Assembly: GCA_951406725.2 (NCBI GenBank)
Contig: OX597814.1
Coordinates: 42,098,001-42,162,000 of the forward strand
DNA length: 64,000 bases
Source of the DNA: Octopus vulgaris
Lineage: Eukaryota
Direction of reading: 5' to 3'
In this document: positions 25,850 through 38,768 of the stretch, one piece after another
Position numbering within the stretch: the first letter of the stretch is position 1
Layout of the letters: every line of letters begins with the position of its first letter
Notes under the pieces: model-generated
What the model saw: the letters and a program-made list of their open reading frames with translations, nothing else
Told to the model about the DNA's origin: nothing
Database searches by the model: none
Translations under genes and position numbers: made by a program

Positions 25850-26500
25850 AGCTCTGTTTTCAAGTCTTTTCTCTACATTAATCCTTAGCTGGCGACCAGA
25901 AGCGGAGGCTGTCCTCTCAACAACTATGCTTCTTTGGGTGCTGATGGAGAACGGACTCTGGTGATGGTGTTATTCCGGGCTTTCCGAACCATGGCGCTTG
26001 ACTTAGTTTGCTAGAGTTTGAGGTGCTGCAAATACAGGTCTTATTTGCTGCACTAGTTTCTCCAGTGCGAGAATCACTACCGTCACAAATGTTGGTTTTG
26101 TGGTCGTCCGGTCCTCATCCTGTAAACGTGGCCAAACCACTCTAGCTGCGATCTTCAGTTGTCACATACTGGTGGCATTGTATTCGGATTTGCATTTTGA
26201 GATGCGGTCGCGCAAAAAGACACCAAGAATCTTACGATGGCGTCACATTTGGAACACCTCGAGCTTGGTCCTTAGGGAGATGTTTGGCTTCTTCCAGACA
26301 CACCATCGAAGGGAGGCGAACGCAGAAATTGCAGACCTGATTCGGCAGTTGATTTCGGCTGTTGACTCTAATTTCCTCTCTGTAACCAGTGAACCGAGAT
26401 ATTTCAACTTTCGAACATCTTCAATCTGAATGCCGTCAAGATGCATAAGTGCTGGTATGCCATCTGTTGTTAGAACTTTCGTCTTCTCCCCATGTATCCC
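25850..26500 (-). mobile_element. 5'-truncated RTE-clade LINE
   Basis: IHGEKTKVL...IEDVRKLKYLGSLV...EINCRIRSAISAFASLRWCVWKKPNISLRTKLEVF (ORF 26243-26515), with downstream LEWFGHVYRM. Confidence 0.9.
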
Positions 26501-26825
26501 CACACACATACACACATGTATGTATATATGTCAATTTGTATGTATTCTTGTATATATGTATGTTTATGCTTATGGGTAAGCGTGGCTGTGGCATTGAAGG
26601 TCAGTTTCGGTATGTGCGTGCTTGTAGGAGCGTTTATGCTTTCGATATATTTGTTTTAGGATACTCTAAACAAGCACGATTTACAAGATTTATCGATTTA
26701 CTAAATATCATTTGAAACCCTTGTAGAATAGATTTTTTTTTATATTGTGGGATGTTGTGCTCTACATAAGTCAGTGCAATATCACTTCCTAATTTTTTTT
26801 ATTTCTTTTTATCGTATGTATTAAT

Positions 26826-27153
26826 TATTGGATTGGTAAGAAATTAATTTTGCTTTTCACAAAGAGATTTACGTGTTTTAAATGACTTTTTCCAATGTTA
26901 TCATTTTTCACCTTTTGACATTTGATAACCGTTACTTTTATCGCTCTTCAAAAACAAATTACGCAAATTTTGGTTTACGGCCTTTAGTTCAGTATCGAAC
27001 ATTTTTACCATATTTTTTTTTTATTTCTGTAAAAGCAACTAAGCTGCTGAGTCTCACAAAGAGATATGTGATGTTTATGATGTTGATTGCTTAACAGAAA
27101 GCATATATCACAAATGGTTTAAAAAATTCCCTTACTTTCTTAGCAACACAATA
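26826..27153 (+). mobile_element. Internally deleted mariner element
   Basis: TIRs tattggattggtaagaaatta / tactttcttagcaacacaata. Residual transposase HTH region AESHKEICDVYDVDCLTE...KWFKKF. Confidence 0.75.
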
Positions 27154-27855
27154 TTATATAACAGGCAATATCAAGAAGATATGTACATAAGCATTTTATA
27201 TATTTCCTCTTGAATAATTATTTCAGTTCAAGCTTACAATATTTATGCGTATATTCGTAACTATTGACTGTATATTTCGGCTATGAAGAACCATTTATAT
27301 AAATATTCACAGTATTTGAAACATATCACTGACTATTTAATATGGTAAATACAATGCAATGGGCTGAATCTGTGGCATTTCGTATCCAGACTAATTATGT
27401 TTGCGCCGGCAAATAACACATTTCTAATTGGAACTGCTAACAATGAATGTAATTGTGATTAAATAAAGCGTGATAATAAGTAATTAGCAGCTGACCTTTT
27501 TACGACAAACACTTCTCACTTTCATCTGAATTCTCCCCAAATATTAGAATAAAAATATACGGCCACAAATAGAATGTTTTTACGCTCTAAAATTCCATTC
27601 CAAATATTTTAAATTTGCATAGATTTTAGGATACAACATTAGTTTAATAGATCCACCCAGTGATTTGTTGCAGTACTGGGGATATTAAAATTTGTTCTAG
27701 AGGAATGTACGGATGACACTATAGACGGGATATATTGTTTTAAAAAAGCTTGTAACAATCAGAGTTTATTGAATTTCAGAATCTTGATTCAAAAACTGCT
27801 AATAGTTTATGTCTATGTTATTATTACCCGTTTTTTTTTATATCACAGTTAGCCA

Positions 27856-28035
27856 GCGAGCAAGCACAAGCGTTAGCACGCCGGGTAAATTGCTTAGGAT
27901 TATTTTGTTTGGCTTTACGTTTTGAATTCAAATCCCGCAGAGGTCAACTTTATATTTCATCCTTAGTTGAAAACTGGAGTCGGTGAAATCGACTAATCTG
28001 CTTCCCGGACTTGCTGACTTTGTGCCAAAATTTGA
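27856..28035 (+). mobile_element. SINE family C (Meta-domain-like), diverged
   Basis: gcgagc...cgttagcacgccggg...ttcaaatcccgcagaggtcaacttt...tttcatcc, homologous to 44126-44240. Confidence 0.7.
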
Positions 28036-31000
28036 ATGCTTTATTTCATCACCGTAATTTGATAAACTAAATCCGGCTATCAGATATCCTACTTAGTGCC
28101 TTTTGCTATTGTCTTCATCTCAAACAAAAATAAGAGATATATGCCCGTCACTCATCTAGAAAAGATAGCCAAGGTGATGTGGCATAACTAGTACATTTTT
28201 ATAAATATCTAAAGTTGTTTGGTTTATGAATACAAATCTTTGTAAATTTGTTTCTTCTTGTTATTTTTCATCACTGAACATGCATTTAGTATGAATGCTG
28301 AGTCAAACAATCATAAGAAACTCCTAGATATCCTCCAGGTGTTATTCCAAAATACACCTTCACTAGAGTACACGATCACAAAATACATGTGTACATCATA
28401 ATAGCCAACCACTTTCCCATGATTTTGAGATCAGTATAACACGTCAAAAACAAACATGCTCAAGCGTTTCAGTTCATTCGAGGTAAATTTTATTCTCAAG
28501 TTTGAAATAAATATCGATCATTACCTTAGTTAAAAGTATTTTGAAGGAATTTGAGGACAGTTATATAGTCCTAAACATATATTATTCATAGCTAACCATA
28601 TTTCGCTTCATGAGAGAATCATAGGAAAATATTTCATATGGCAACGATCTTAACATTTTAAGTAGAGGAAGGTGTTCTCATTAACATTTCTATATTTGTA
28701 AGGTTTGACGTTCCATGTTGTAGTTTATTCCCAGTAACCCAAGAAGAAAAATGTCAAACTTACATGCATCTGTTAGGTGTTAATTTCATACATTACATTT
28801 TTGAATAAGCTCACGTTATTTGCCTAGTACAATATCCTAAAATGTCAGCATGTTACTTGAAATTAACAAAAACAAGTTCACATGTAATTTGAATAAAAAC
28901 ATATTTTAGTTGTGTTTTAGTACGGACAATAAAAGTGATATAGTGAATGGAAATTAATATAAAAAGAATGATAATTTGATTTATTGGGTAAAAACATTTG
29001 CAGTAAATTGTTTTATTATGCATAGGAGTAATTGACACTGATAACAGAATGTCAGTAACCAGGTCAGCACTCAGAGCACTAAAATTAATTAGTATTGACA
29101 ATATGTTCAAGTGAGATATGTTATCTGAAAACAAAAGAAAAATACTTTATTTTAATTATATAAAGAACAGAATTCATTTATATTCTACTCACTTTGTCAG
29201 TTATATTTTGTTTCATTATATATTATTGACTAACTAAAAACATATTTAATTTCTATACTCATATACTAAAAGCTTTCATCTGTATTCTTTTTAGATCTCC
29301 ATAACATCATTAAGTAGATAATTGTAACGGCCCTAAAAACGATTAAATGAAATCTTAAATGGCTGTATCAAACAGAAATAGACATGAGAAAGTATACTTT
29401 TCTGCAATTTGTTTTGTAAGCCATTGAACTGATCTTCAGAAATTTCAAGACAGGTTTTTAGAATCGCTAACCTGTCACATTTATTGTTACCTTGTCAATG
29501 TTAGATGAATAACAGCAGGAGTCGCATGGCGACGACGATTTATGCTATTGACCATGTATCACGTTCCCCAATATATGCTGAATATATCACACCAAACAAA
29601 ATAGATAAATATATTTTGTCAACTATATGCTGACATATAATCATTCTTGAATGAAATGGAGGAAATGTAAAACTCACATATCTCTTATATTATAATACAT
29701 TTACTATAACTAATTATTCCTGTGTAATCATCTTTAAGTATTTCATTTTTTAAAACTCTATTAGAAAAATAAACTTGAGAATATTGCAGTAATTCTCGAT
29801 TTATAACATGTATATTTTAAGTTGCTGCGTATACAGTTATTTATACGTACACTGACATGGAAAAATATAGACAAGAAAGGTATAAAGCAGCTCTGATTGA
29901 GATGTTCAGCGATACACATGGCCATGAACTAAAATATTCTAATCTAACTTCGTTTGAATAAGCCACAATCATAAATCTTGCAACAAATATTGAAATATAT
30001 ATCCTATATTCATGACATTAATAGTCAATGAAAATTAACTCCAAAACAGCGCATACATGAGTGTAGTCTATTCTGTGATATTCTAACAAATAACGTAACA
30101 ATAAGATTGGGTTTTCTGTTTGACATTCATATTGCAACTTGAAATACATATTCATGTTCAGTTTTAACACTTGATTAAGTCATTCAATATAAAGAATTCA
30201 TAATAGCATTTTCCTTTCAGGTATTGTTATACATCCCATGCAGGTGGGCGTTCATCATACCCCGATATCAAACTTTTCATTGACTTAATCACAAACGATG
30301 CATTTCTTTGCAATAGGGCCAAATATTTGGGAACTGAAAAAGTTCAAAAAAATTCTAAATGATAAAGAATGTGGAATGTGTCACAGGAGAGCACTAGAGA
30401 CCTTGGACAAGATAACGCAGGTTTCACGTGATGATAGATCACAAATATGTGAAGCAATAGTAGTAATCTTATGACAAACCTTCGAGGCTTTCCACTGATT
30501 CGAAAAGAACAAAAGCAAATGGAATCCGCTCTTGCTGTATAAGCAATCATTGTTTTGACAAGATATATATTTTCAAATAGAAGGAGAAGTAGTTTGGGTT
30601 AGGATATCTCTGATTATTTTCCCACACATTTGTTACAAGCTACATCAGCATATATTAAGCATCAGCAAGATAAATGTACGCGCAGAAATACTCATACATA
30701 CAAATCAGTACAGAACATTGTGAATCAAATTATCACAATGTCCTGCAGGATCTAAAAATTCGCCGCAACTTTCATGTCTATCACTACAAACGGTTCAGCG
30801 CACAAAAAAATTATAACAAATTCCGTAGGTACATAATTTATAGCAGCTGCAAAACTAGTGTTAAGACATTTAAGCTGCATAACCAGGTGCTTCTATTTTT
30901 CCTTGTTCACCAATGGGAAGATATTATACTTATATCACCAGTTTTGACATGTCGATTTCCAGAAGACTTAAGCTTGACATATAAATCAATAAATCACAAC

Positions 31001-32712
31001 GGCAAACGTTGACAGTTGTTGGTTTATATCTTTAGTAATAATGATCTGCTTTTGATCAAATTTTACATCGGATACTAAAGACTAAGACAACTTATTATCT
31101 ATACCCATTTTAGCCAAACTATTAACGATGCGTATCCTGAGGTGTTTGTATGACTATTTTAAGAATTCCTATCGATATAGATTTAATACCACATAATTTG
31201 ACACTCAGTTCATCTGATAATATTATTTCTTTATTTCTTCATGTCTTGGGAGTGAAATAGATAGAATACAGTATTTTGTTTAACTACTCTGGCTTTCAAA
31301 TGCCATAATGTTGGTTTCTTTCCATTAGATTGTTAGCTCATCATATTTTTTCTTTCCACTATTATTTTCATCTTATTTTAAGTATTACAGAATTTCAAGT
31401 GTAAATGATAATATATCGTGTTCATTATTAATCTCAATCATCATAACACTGCCTTCCTTTAGAAAATTTGTCTTGCGTATATGTTATTTACAGAATTACA
31501 TTATGAAATATACATTTAACATGAAGCACTTTAGGCACCAGACTGCTATAAACTTTTTGAAAAACGATTTTCCTATTCTTACAGGAAAAATAAGTTTCAA
31601 GAGAATTGCAATAATGTTCCATTAAACCGAATATGACTTCATTATGCACAATTCTATGGTATTTATTTCTACTTTGCAGCTTGGGAAATGGTGGCTGTCC
31701 TGCTAGCATTAAATATTGGAAAATATAATGTCCTATTATATCTGCAATATTCATTGACTTAACTGCTGATTAATCAACAACTAGCACCTAATTATTTCCA
31801 CAATCTCTCATTAATCGCATTACAATATTTCATGTTGTAGTGGTAGGAAAGATAAACGTACTTGATGGTTATGGCATTTTCAGCAAAATAGGAAATGTTC
31901 CGACATCGATAATTGTGGCTCATAATCTTTCTTGAAATAATTCATACATCAACATGATTGTTACAAATGGCAAAATAAAAGAAAACATTACGCCGATGAA
32001 ATATATTTCAATTGACTTTCAATGCAGAAAATTCTTATTCGAAATATAGCACGTATATCATTGAATCTTCTACACAAGACACCTGAAAATTATAACCATA
32101 AATCCATGCGGTTCATTCAAAATTAGGGTGTATAGAACATATGTATCGAAGGAATATTATATTCATCATGGTCTTTGAATAGCATGTTTAAATATTTCGA
32201 TGAATCTATGGAATGCTATATAGTAATAACTTCATAACTATTAAGAAGTTAGTTCAAAATGTATTCCTATTAAAAGTATGTCACAGTTTCTACTGCGTAT
32301 GTATATCGACATTCATCAAATGCGATAAACATGAACATAATATATATATATATATAAAATTCAATCCTTTCAATATATATTGGTGGAGAAAAACCATAAA
32401 AGCTCGTGTGATTTTAAAAAGTTCGGTATACGTATGTATGTATATATATGTATGTATGTAGGCAAGCATGTATGTTTGAATGTATGTATGCATATATGAA
32501 CAAAAGTATGTATATACGTATGACTGTATGAAAGTGTGTTTCAGTGTAGTCATCACCTCAACAACTACCACACGCACGTGGCATTATCTAAAAAAACGAT
32601 TAAGTTTGTACAGAGATATTCAAAATACACCTATAGCATTAGATGGCTCAATAACATTGTGAACATTATAAATATGTGTGTATATATATAAGATATATAT
32701 GTATATGTATAT

Positions 32713-32789
<77 letters not shown>

Positions 32790-32812
32790 TAATAATAATA
32801 ATAATAATAATA

Positions 32813-33367
32813 AATGCCCTGATGCAGTACCAGGAAATGGCTCTCATGGCTTCTGATCTTAACTGATTGGAAGTGTTATCATGTACATTGTTTTGTCTTG
32901 GTATAAAAGATGGGCTACAGCAAATATTCTGCTCAATACCACAGATTTGCTTGTCAGTTGTTTGACCTTAACCAGTTGAGTATGTCCCTTAGTGGCCTAT
33001 GATATGGGCATCTCTGATCACGAGCAGAAGTAGTGGGGGAGCATCATAGCCATGTGTTGAGGGGAATCTTTGGGGTTTGAATAATTCACCTCTGGAAACA
33101 TGGGTGGTTCTTTCAACATCCTTAAACAACCATTATTCAGCGACCTTTTGAGCGGGATGGGCTACTCAACCTGAAGAAAATTCTAACTGGGCCCTACCTG
33201 CAAGGTCATGTGCTGTTTATCTTGATATGAGATCACCATGTCGCGCACATATGGTTGTGATGCATGTGCCTGGTGTACTCTTATCAGAGGGTAGTCATGA
33301 TGGGTATATTGGGCTTCGTATATTTTACCCCAGTATCACTTTGATGGCATGCACTGCTCTCTCACTC
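32813..33367 (+). mobile_element. ~555-bp ORF-less element flanked on both sides by (TAA)n
   Basis: A more GC-balanced block bounded sharply by long TAA arrays at 32713-32812 and 33368-33420. Confidence 0.6.
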
Positions 33368-33419
<52 letters not shown>

Positions 33420-33422
<3 letters not shown>

Positions 33423-33650
33423 CTGGAGCATTCTACATAGGGTACACTATTAGGAACTGCACAACTGTAAAAAAAAAAATTCAAACAGACAGTTCTATAT
33501 CGAAACACCTCATGAAGTGTCAAGGTCGGAACTTCAAAGTTTCTATCAAAACAGCCTAACGCGACAGGGGCAGTCTTAGAAATATCGAACCCCACACCCG
33601 CCTTATAAACAAGTTGAAACTAGCCATTAACTAGAGGAAGGAACTACACG
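33420..33650 (+). mobile_element. PLE GIY-YIG endonuclease fragment
   Basis: SGAFYIGYTIR...SSISKHLMKC..NFKVSI in ORF 33227-33559 (YIGxTxR motif plus the SxIxxH motif). Confidence 0.7.
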
Positions 33651-33978
33651 AAGGAGACTGGTTGCTTAGGCAACAGCCGCCCGTGTATGATACCTTTCAC
33701 ATTTTTCCCTGCCTCCCCACCACACACAATGACAAAGAAAAGTCATTTCCGCCACGGTTTCTCCGAATGTGTTAGGAAAGAGCTCTTCACAGGGAAATAT
33801 AGAAATATAACGTAAAACTGCAACCTTGTTCTGCTCTCTCTTCAATTTGTAGCTTACTTTGTACTTTCTTGCATTTTTCCGGCCTTACACAACTACCTTC
33901 TTTAAATACACACACACATATATATATAAAACACACACAAATATATACCTACATATACAATATATACATTTGCTGATG

Positions 33979-34345
33979 TGGATTCGCAATGGCTTAGTGG
34001 TTAGGGCAGCAGACTCGCGGTCGGGCGATTGCGCTTTCGATTCCCAGACCGGGTGTCGTGAGTGTTTATTGGGGGAAAACACCTAAAGCCCCACGAGACC
34101 CGGTTGGGTGGAGGACCGAACACTGCTGTACTCTTTCACTACTTTCTCTCAGTCTTTCTTCCTGTTTTTGTTGTATCTGTATTTCAAAGTGTCTGCTTTG
34201 TCACACACTGTGTGACACTGAATCTCCTCGAGAACTTCACAAACACGTTAAAGGTACATGTGTCTGCGGTGTGCTCACGAACATGCTTTTCCGTTGATGA
34301 GATCAACTGGAATCCTCATCGTCGTAACTGCCGGAATGCCATTAA
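33979..34345 (+). mobile_element. SINE family B (tRNA-Arg-like head)
   Basis: tggcttagtggttagggcagcagactcgcggtc...ttcgattcccagaccggg has A and B boxes and a TCG anticodon-like loop. Confidence 0.88.
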
Positions 34346-34795
34346 GACTGTTTAGGACGTGTTATTTAGTTATGGTCATAAAAATACGTTTTTTTTTTTT
34401 TCAGGTGAATAACGATTTTAATATTCGCCTAAATAAAATGTTCATCAAAAACTCAATGTATCTTACAGCGCTGTAGGAGACATTAATCGTTTTCTGTTCT
34501 TACTATTTTACTCAATACCTGCAAGATTTCCTACGCTTGATCAGGTACTTAAACGAGAATTTCAAACTCCTTACAGGAACCGGAGTATGTCTGTGAATTA
34601 TTTTGTATATACATTAATATATACATATCCTCTGTTAATAGATGTATATGCTATTCCTGAACCTAAATAATTGCCTTTAATATCAATTTAAATGGATGCA
34701 GCAAATAAGAACTTAATAATTATACATGCATAAATACAAACATACATACATACATATATATACATACATAATGTTATCATTAATATTATTCTTAT

Positions 34796-35150
<355 letters not shown>

Positions 35151-35154
<4 letters not shown>

Positions 35155-36030
35155 ATCCAAACAAGAAAGCACAAAAAATACATCAACGCGAGGGCGTGGA
35201 ACAAATATAGTATTATTGGACGCTCAGGAAAGAAGGAAAGAAGGAGGGCTTAATGTTTCGAGCAGAGCTCTTCGTCGGAAACATAGGAGAAGGAAAGATC
35301 TCGAGAAGGGAAGACAAAGGCAAAAAAATCGTCTACGGTACACACTCGGTCACATTTTGAAAGACCGGAAGGAAATGGCTGAAGAAAGGTTTTTTCAAAG
35401 ACAGGAGAGTGGTTCTTTCAAAGACAGGAAGAGGAAAGTGTGTATAAGTGTGGATATGTGCGTGCGCGGAGGTCTGCGTGTGCGTCTCTTATCATGTGGG
35501 TTAACAATACTATCATTTGTTTCAGGAGTGTTAAATGTGGCAACCTTGATAATTGTTGAGAGTTTCCTTTCGGCATGAAAGTTGTGATAACATTGTCAAA
35601 TAAAGTAAATGCATTCACCCAAATGCATAAATACGTATGCATTTGTGTCTCTGTATGTCTATACACGAAAATTTCATGAGAGTTTTATGACTTTCTTCTG
35701 CCCTGAGGTCTGCTTTCTTTTATCTTACTTAACCGACAAGATGTCTTCCTTGTTTAATGACATTAAGGACATATCTTGGCTGTCGCTATAAACTAATTAG
35801 ATAACTCTTTGAAATAATAGAGTTTTCTGATATCTGATATCATTGCTTTCTGCTTGCCCGTTATACTTCTAATTTCTCTATAATCTCGAATGATAGTTTT
35901 TACAATACCACTTATCCGATATGCAGTTTGCTGCATTTGTCATCATGAAAATTCTAGCTCATCTCTTTATACCCGTTCAAAATTTTACCTGAGAAGGATA
36001 GCTTTGTGTTATTATGTAGCCTGAAGATAT
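35151..36030 (-). mobile_element. Decayed Penelope-like element with a terminal repeat (35151-35345)
   Basis: The terminal repeat carries hammerhead-like CCGACGA-a-gagc-tct-gctc-GAAA on the minus strand (35250-35285). A weak QSYPS...NGIKR-like remnant lies near 35970-36010. Confidence 0.5.
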
Positions 36031-36260
36031 GTCAAAACAAAATATGAACTCCTATAAGTATCTGTATACAATAGACAAGACATATTTTTACACATTCTAC
36101 ACAGCACATTCCTTGGATAATGTATATATATATCCTATATATATTTTTACATTTATTTTCATTCACTTATTTCCCTTAATACTTTCTATATCCATACTTT
36201 TACAAAATAACTCCTCATCTTGAACTCTATTATTTCCCTGTGGTTAACTCCCTCATATCA

Positions 36261-36305
36261 TATCTGAAGAAGGGATATCTCTAATATCCCATTAACAGTT
36301 GTAAG
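36261..36305 (+). ncRNA. Decayed hammerhead-like motif
   Basis: CTGAAGA, a 7-bp stem II gggatat/atatccc, a lost GAAA, then acagttgta. Same family as 50852-50903. Confidence 0.4.
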
Positions 36306-36424
36306 TCTACCTTTGTGTCTCCGCATTAGACTCATCACTCGTTTTATTATCGAACCGAGAGTCGAACCTCGGTCTTCCTATAGCACTTACATAGACTTAC
36401 TTGCTATATATAACTCTCGCATAT

Positions 36425-36620
36425 ATATGTAACCACCTGTGAATCTTTGGCGATTTTCTTCCTCCGTCTTCCTTTCTATTGGTCTTCTCTCTGTTTCTGA
36501 AGAAGTGCGTTGCTCGAAACGTTTTTTCCCGGAGCATCTGCTAATACTTTACATGTACCACGTCCTCACGTTGTTGTTTTTTTTTTGTGCTCGATCATCT
36601 AACTTTTAGGGATTTACTAT
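36425..36620 (+). repeat. PLE terminal-repeat-like copy, inverted homologue of 35151-35345
   Basis: Reverse-complement homology along its length. Contains CTGAAGA-a-gtgc-gtt-gctc-GAAACGTT (36497-36523). Confidence 0.7.
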
Positions 36621-37899
36621 ATACATTTATATATACATAGGTTCCGGGTTAAAGTCAATTAGTTGCTTAAGTGGTACAACTCAAGGTTGGGTTAAGTAAA
36701 GTGAATCGTGTATGTTACGAAAGCATAGGAACACATACTTTTATACCGACGTCTAAGCAGTATTCATCATTGGCCGAACGCGACTAAGTATATTATGAGT
36801 CTCAAAGCTGCACAGAAAAACAAACACGGCACCAGTGTACTGCACTTAATATACTCTGGATCCAGGCCAAATAAGAGTTTCCGAATAGGAAAAGTCATCA
36901 TTATGTAACAACATAAACGGCAGAGGGATAATGGTGAAAAAGCATTTTGGGGATATTACTAATCAGTGAACCATTAAGCGGCGCAAACTGGCTATTTTGG
37001 ATGTTCTAAATGTGTAATTCATGTATATTAATTTGATGAAACCGTTTTTTATTTTATTTTTCATATGATGTAACGCCACTTTCACCAACTTAAAAATTCG
37101 TTGGAAACAGCTGTAGTGAATGAAGCATTGTCTATCTAATGTTGTATATATTTGTGTGTGTGTGTATGTGTGTGTGTGTGTATTATGTGCGTATATATAT
37201 ATATATATATATTTGATTATTCAAGTTATTTTGTTTATACTCTCTAATTTAGGGGAATATTCAATTTGAAGCCAATATTTTACTTAAAGTATATGCTGCA
37301 TAATATAAGACGCAGCATTTCGCAATCTCGCTGCCTTTCCAAATATATATATTTCTCATTAAGTTAGAACCGCAATATTTATTATATCTCTGCATAGACT
37401 AAGGCGTCACGCTTTGTCAGTCATTCATATATCGATAGTTGTTACATCTCTTTTCTCTGCACACTGTATCACTTTCTCAGCATAAGAGAGCTACATACAT
37501 ATATTTTAATAATTTAATGTTGCACATGCAAAAATTCATAGACACTGACACACGCATACATTCACGTATTCACTTACACATATACACTCATATATATATA
37601 TATATATACGTGTATGTATGCATTTATATACATATAGAATATACATTTACTTTCATATCTTTCATACTTAAAAACACATGCGCACATTCGTACATAACAT
37701 GCATTATGTACATATAAACTACGACCTTGAATCTTGTATTTTCTTTTTCTTTTTTTTTTGTAATGGCTGCATATGTTATATAAAGTGAAGTTATACAAAG
37801 CCAATATTAAATATTACAAATTTACATTTTATTCACATTGAAACATCGATAATATATTTATTGCACTATTCTTGTAATATTTATTATATCTCAATAACC

Positions 37900-37968
37900 T
37901 GTATCATTTCCTTTCCACTATTTTTCAGGTAAGATAGCTTTCTTCTTGTTGCATTATATATGGTAAGT
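37900..37968 (+). promoter_or_regulatory. Candidate recursive splice site (polypyrimidine-CAG|GTAAGA) with downstream donor TG|GTAAGT
   Basis: tttcctttccactatttttcag|gtaaga at 37928/37929, and a second consensus donor at 37963. Confidence 0.4.
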
Positions 37969-38612
37969 AGCTCTCCTTATATATTACGAGTAATTTGCTT
38001 GCTAATTTTTAATACAACATTTTGACATTCTGCTCTTTTTCAAATTTTCCTTGCGCGTGTTTCTCCTCAAAGATATATCCATGTTAAGCAAACGGTAATG
38101 TATAATGTCAAGAAACATTCAAAATAAAAGCGTGTTTGAACTTTGATAAAAATCGATTTCACAGGAAGGATATTAAATCATGTGTAGTAAATGAGAATTC
38201 TCTTTGAAAACATTTTCTGAGATGTGAGAAATAATCATGGCCATAATATTCATCATATTAAACCTCAAAAATGGAGAATATGATGATTATGGCAGTGATA
38301 AACGTGCGCATCATAATGATGATCTTGTCTCTTTCACCAACCGTTATTATTACTCTCCCCCTCCCCCTTCTCCTCCCCTCCCCATCATCATCATCCTCAT
38401 CGTCGTCATTAACGCTTAATATGGGCTGCTAAATAAGTTTCTTATTCGGTGCTGGTTACAATTCATTATCAATATGCATTGTCATTATACATATGTACAT
38501 ACATGCAAGTATATGTATATATAAATATATATGTGTGTGTGCGTGTACGTATATGAAACAGTATATATATAGAGAGAGATCGAGAGAATTTTCTCATGCG
38601 TACCTACATATA

Positions 38613-38663
<51 letters not shown>

Positions 38664-38726
38664 ACACACATATAAACATATATAAATATATATATATATA
38701 CATATGTATAACTATACATTTATATA

Positions 38727-38768
<42 letters not shown>

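Noticed and set aside
33979-34050. tRNA gene-like sequence (also 11830-11897 and 47805-47876)
   Set aside because: There is no complete cloverleaf, and the sequence continues into a shared SINE body, so these are SINE heads.
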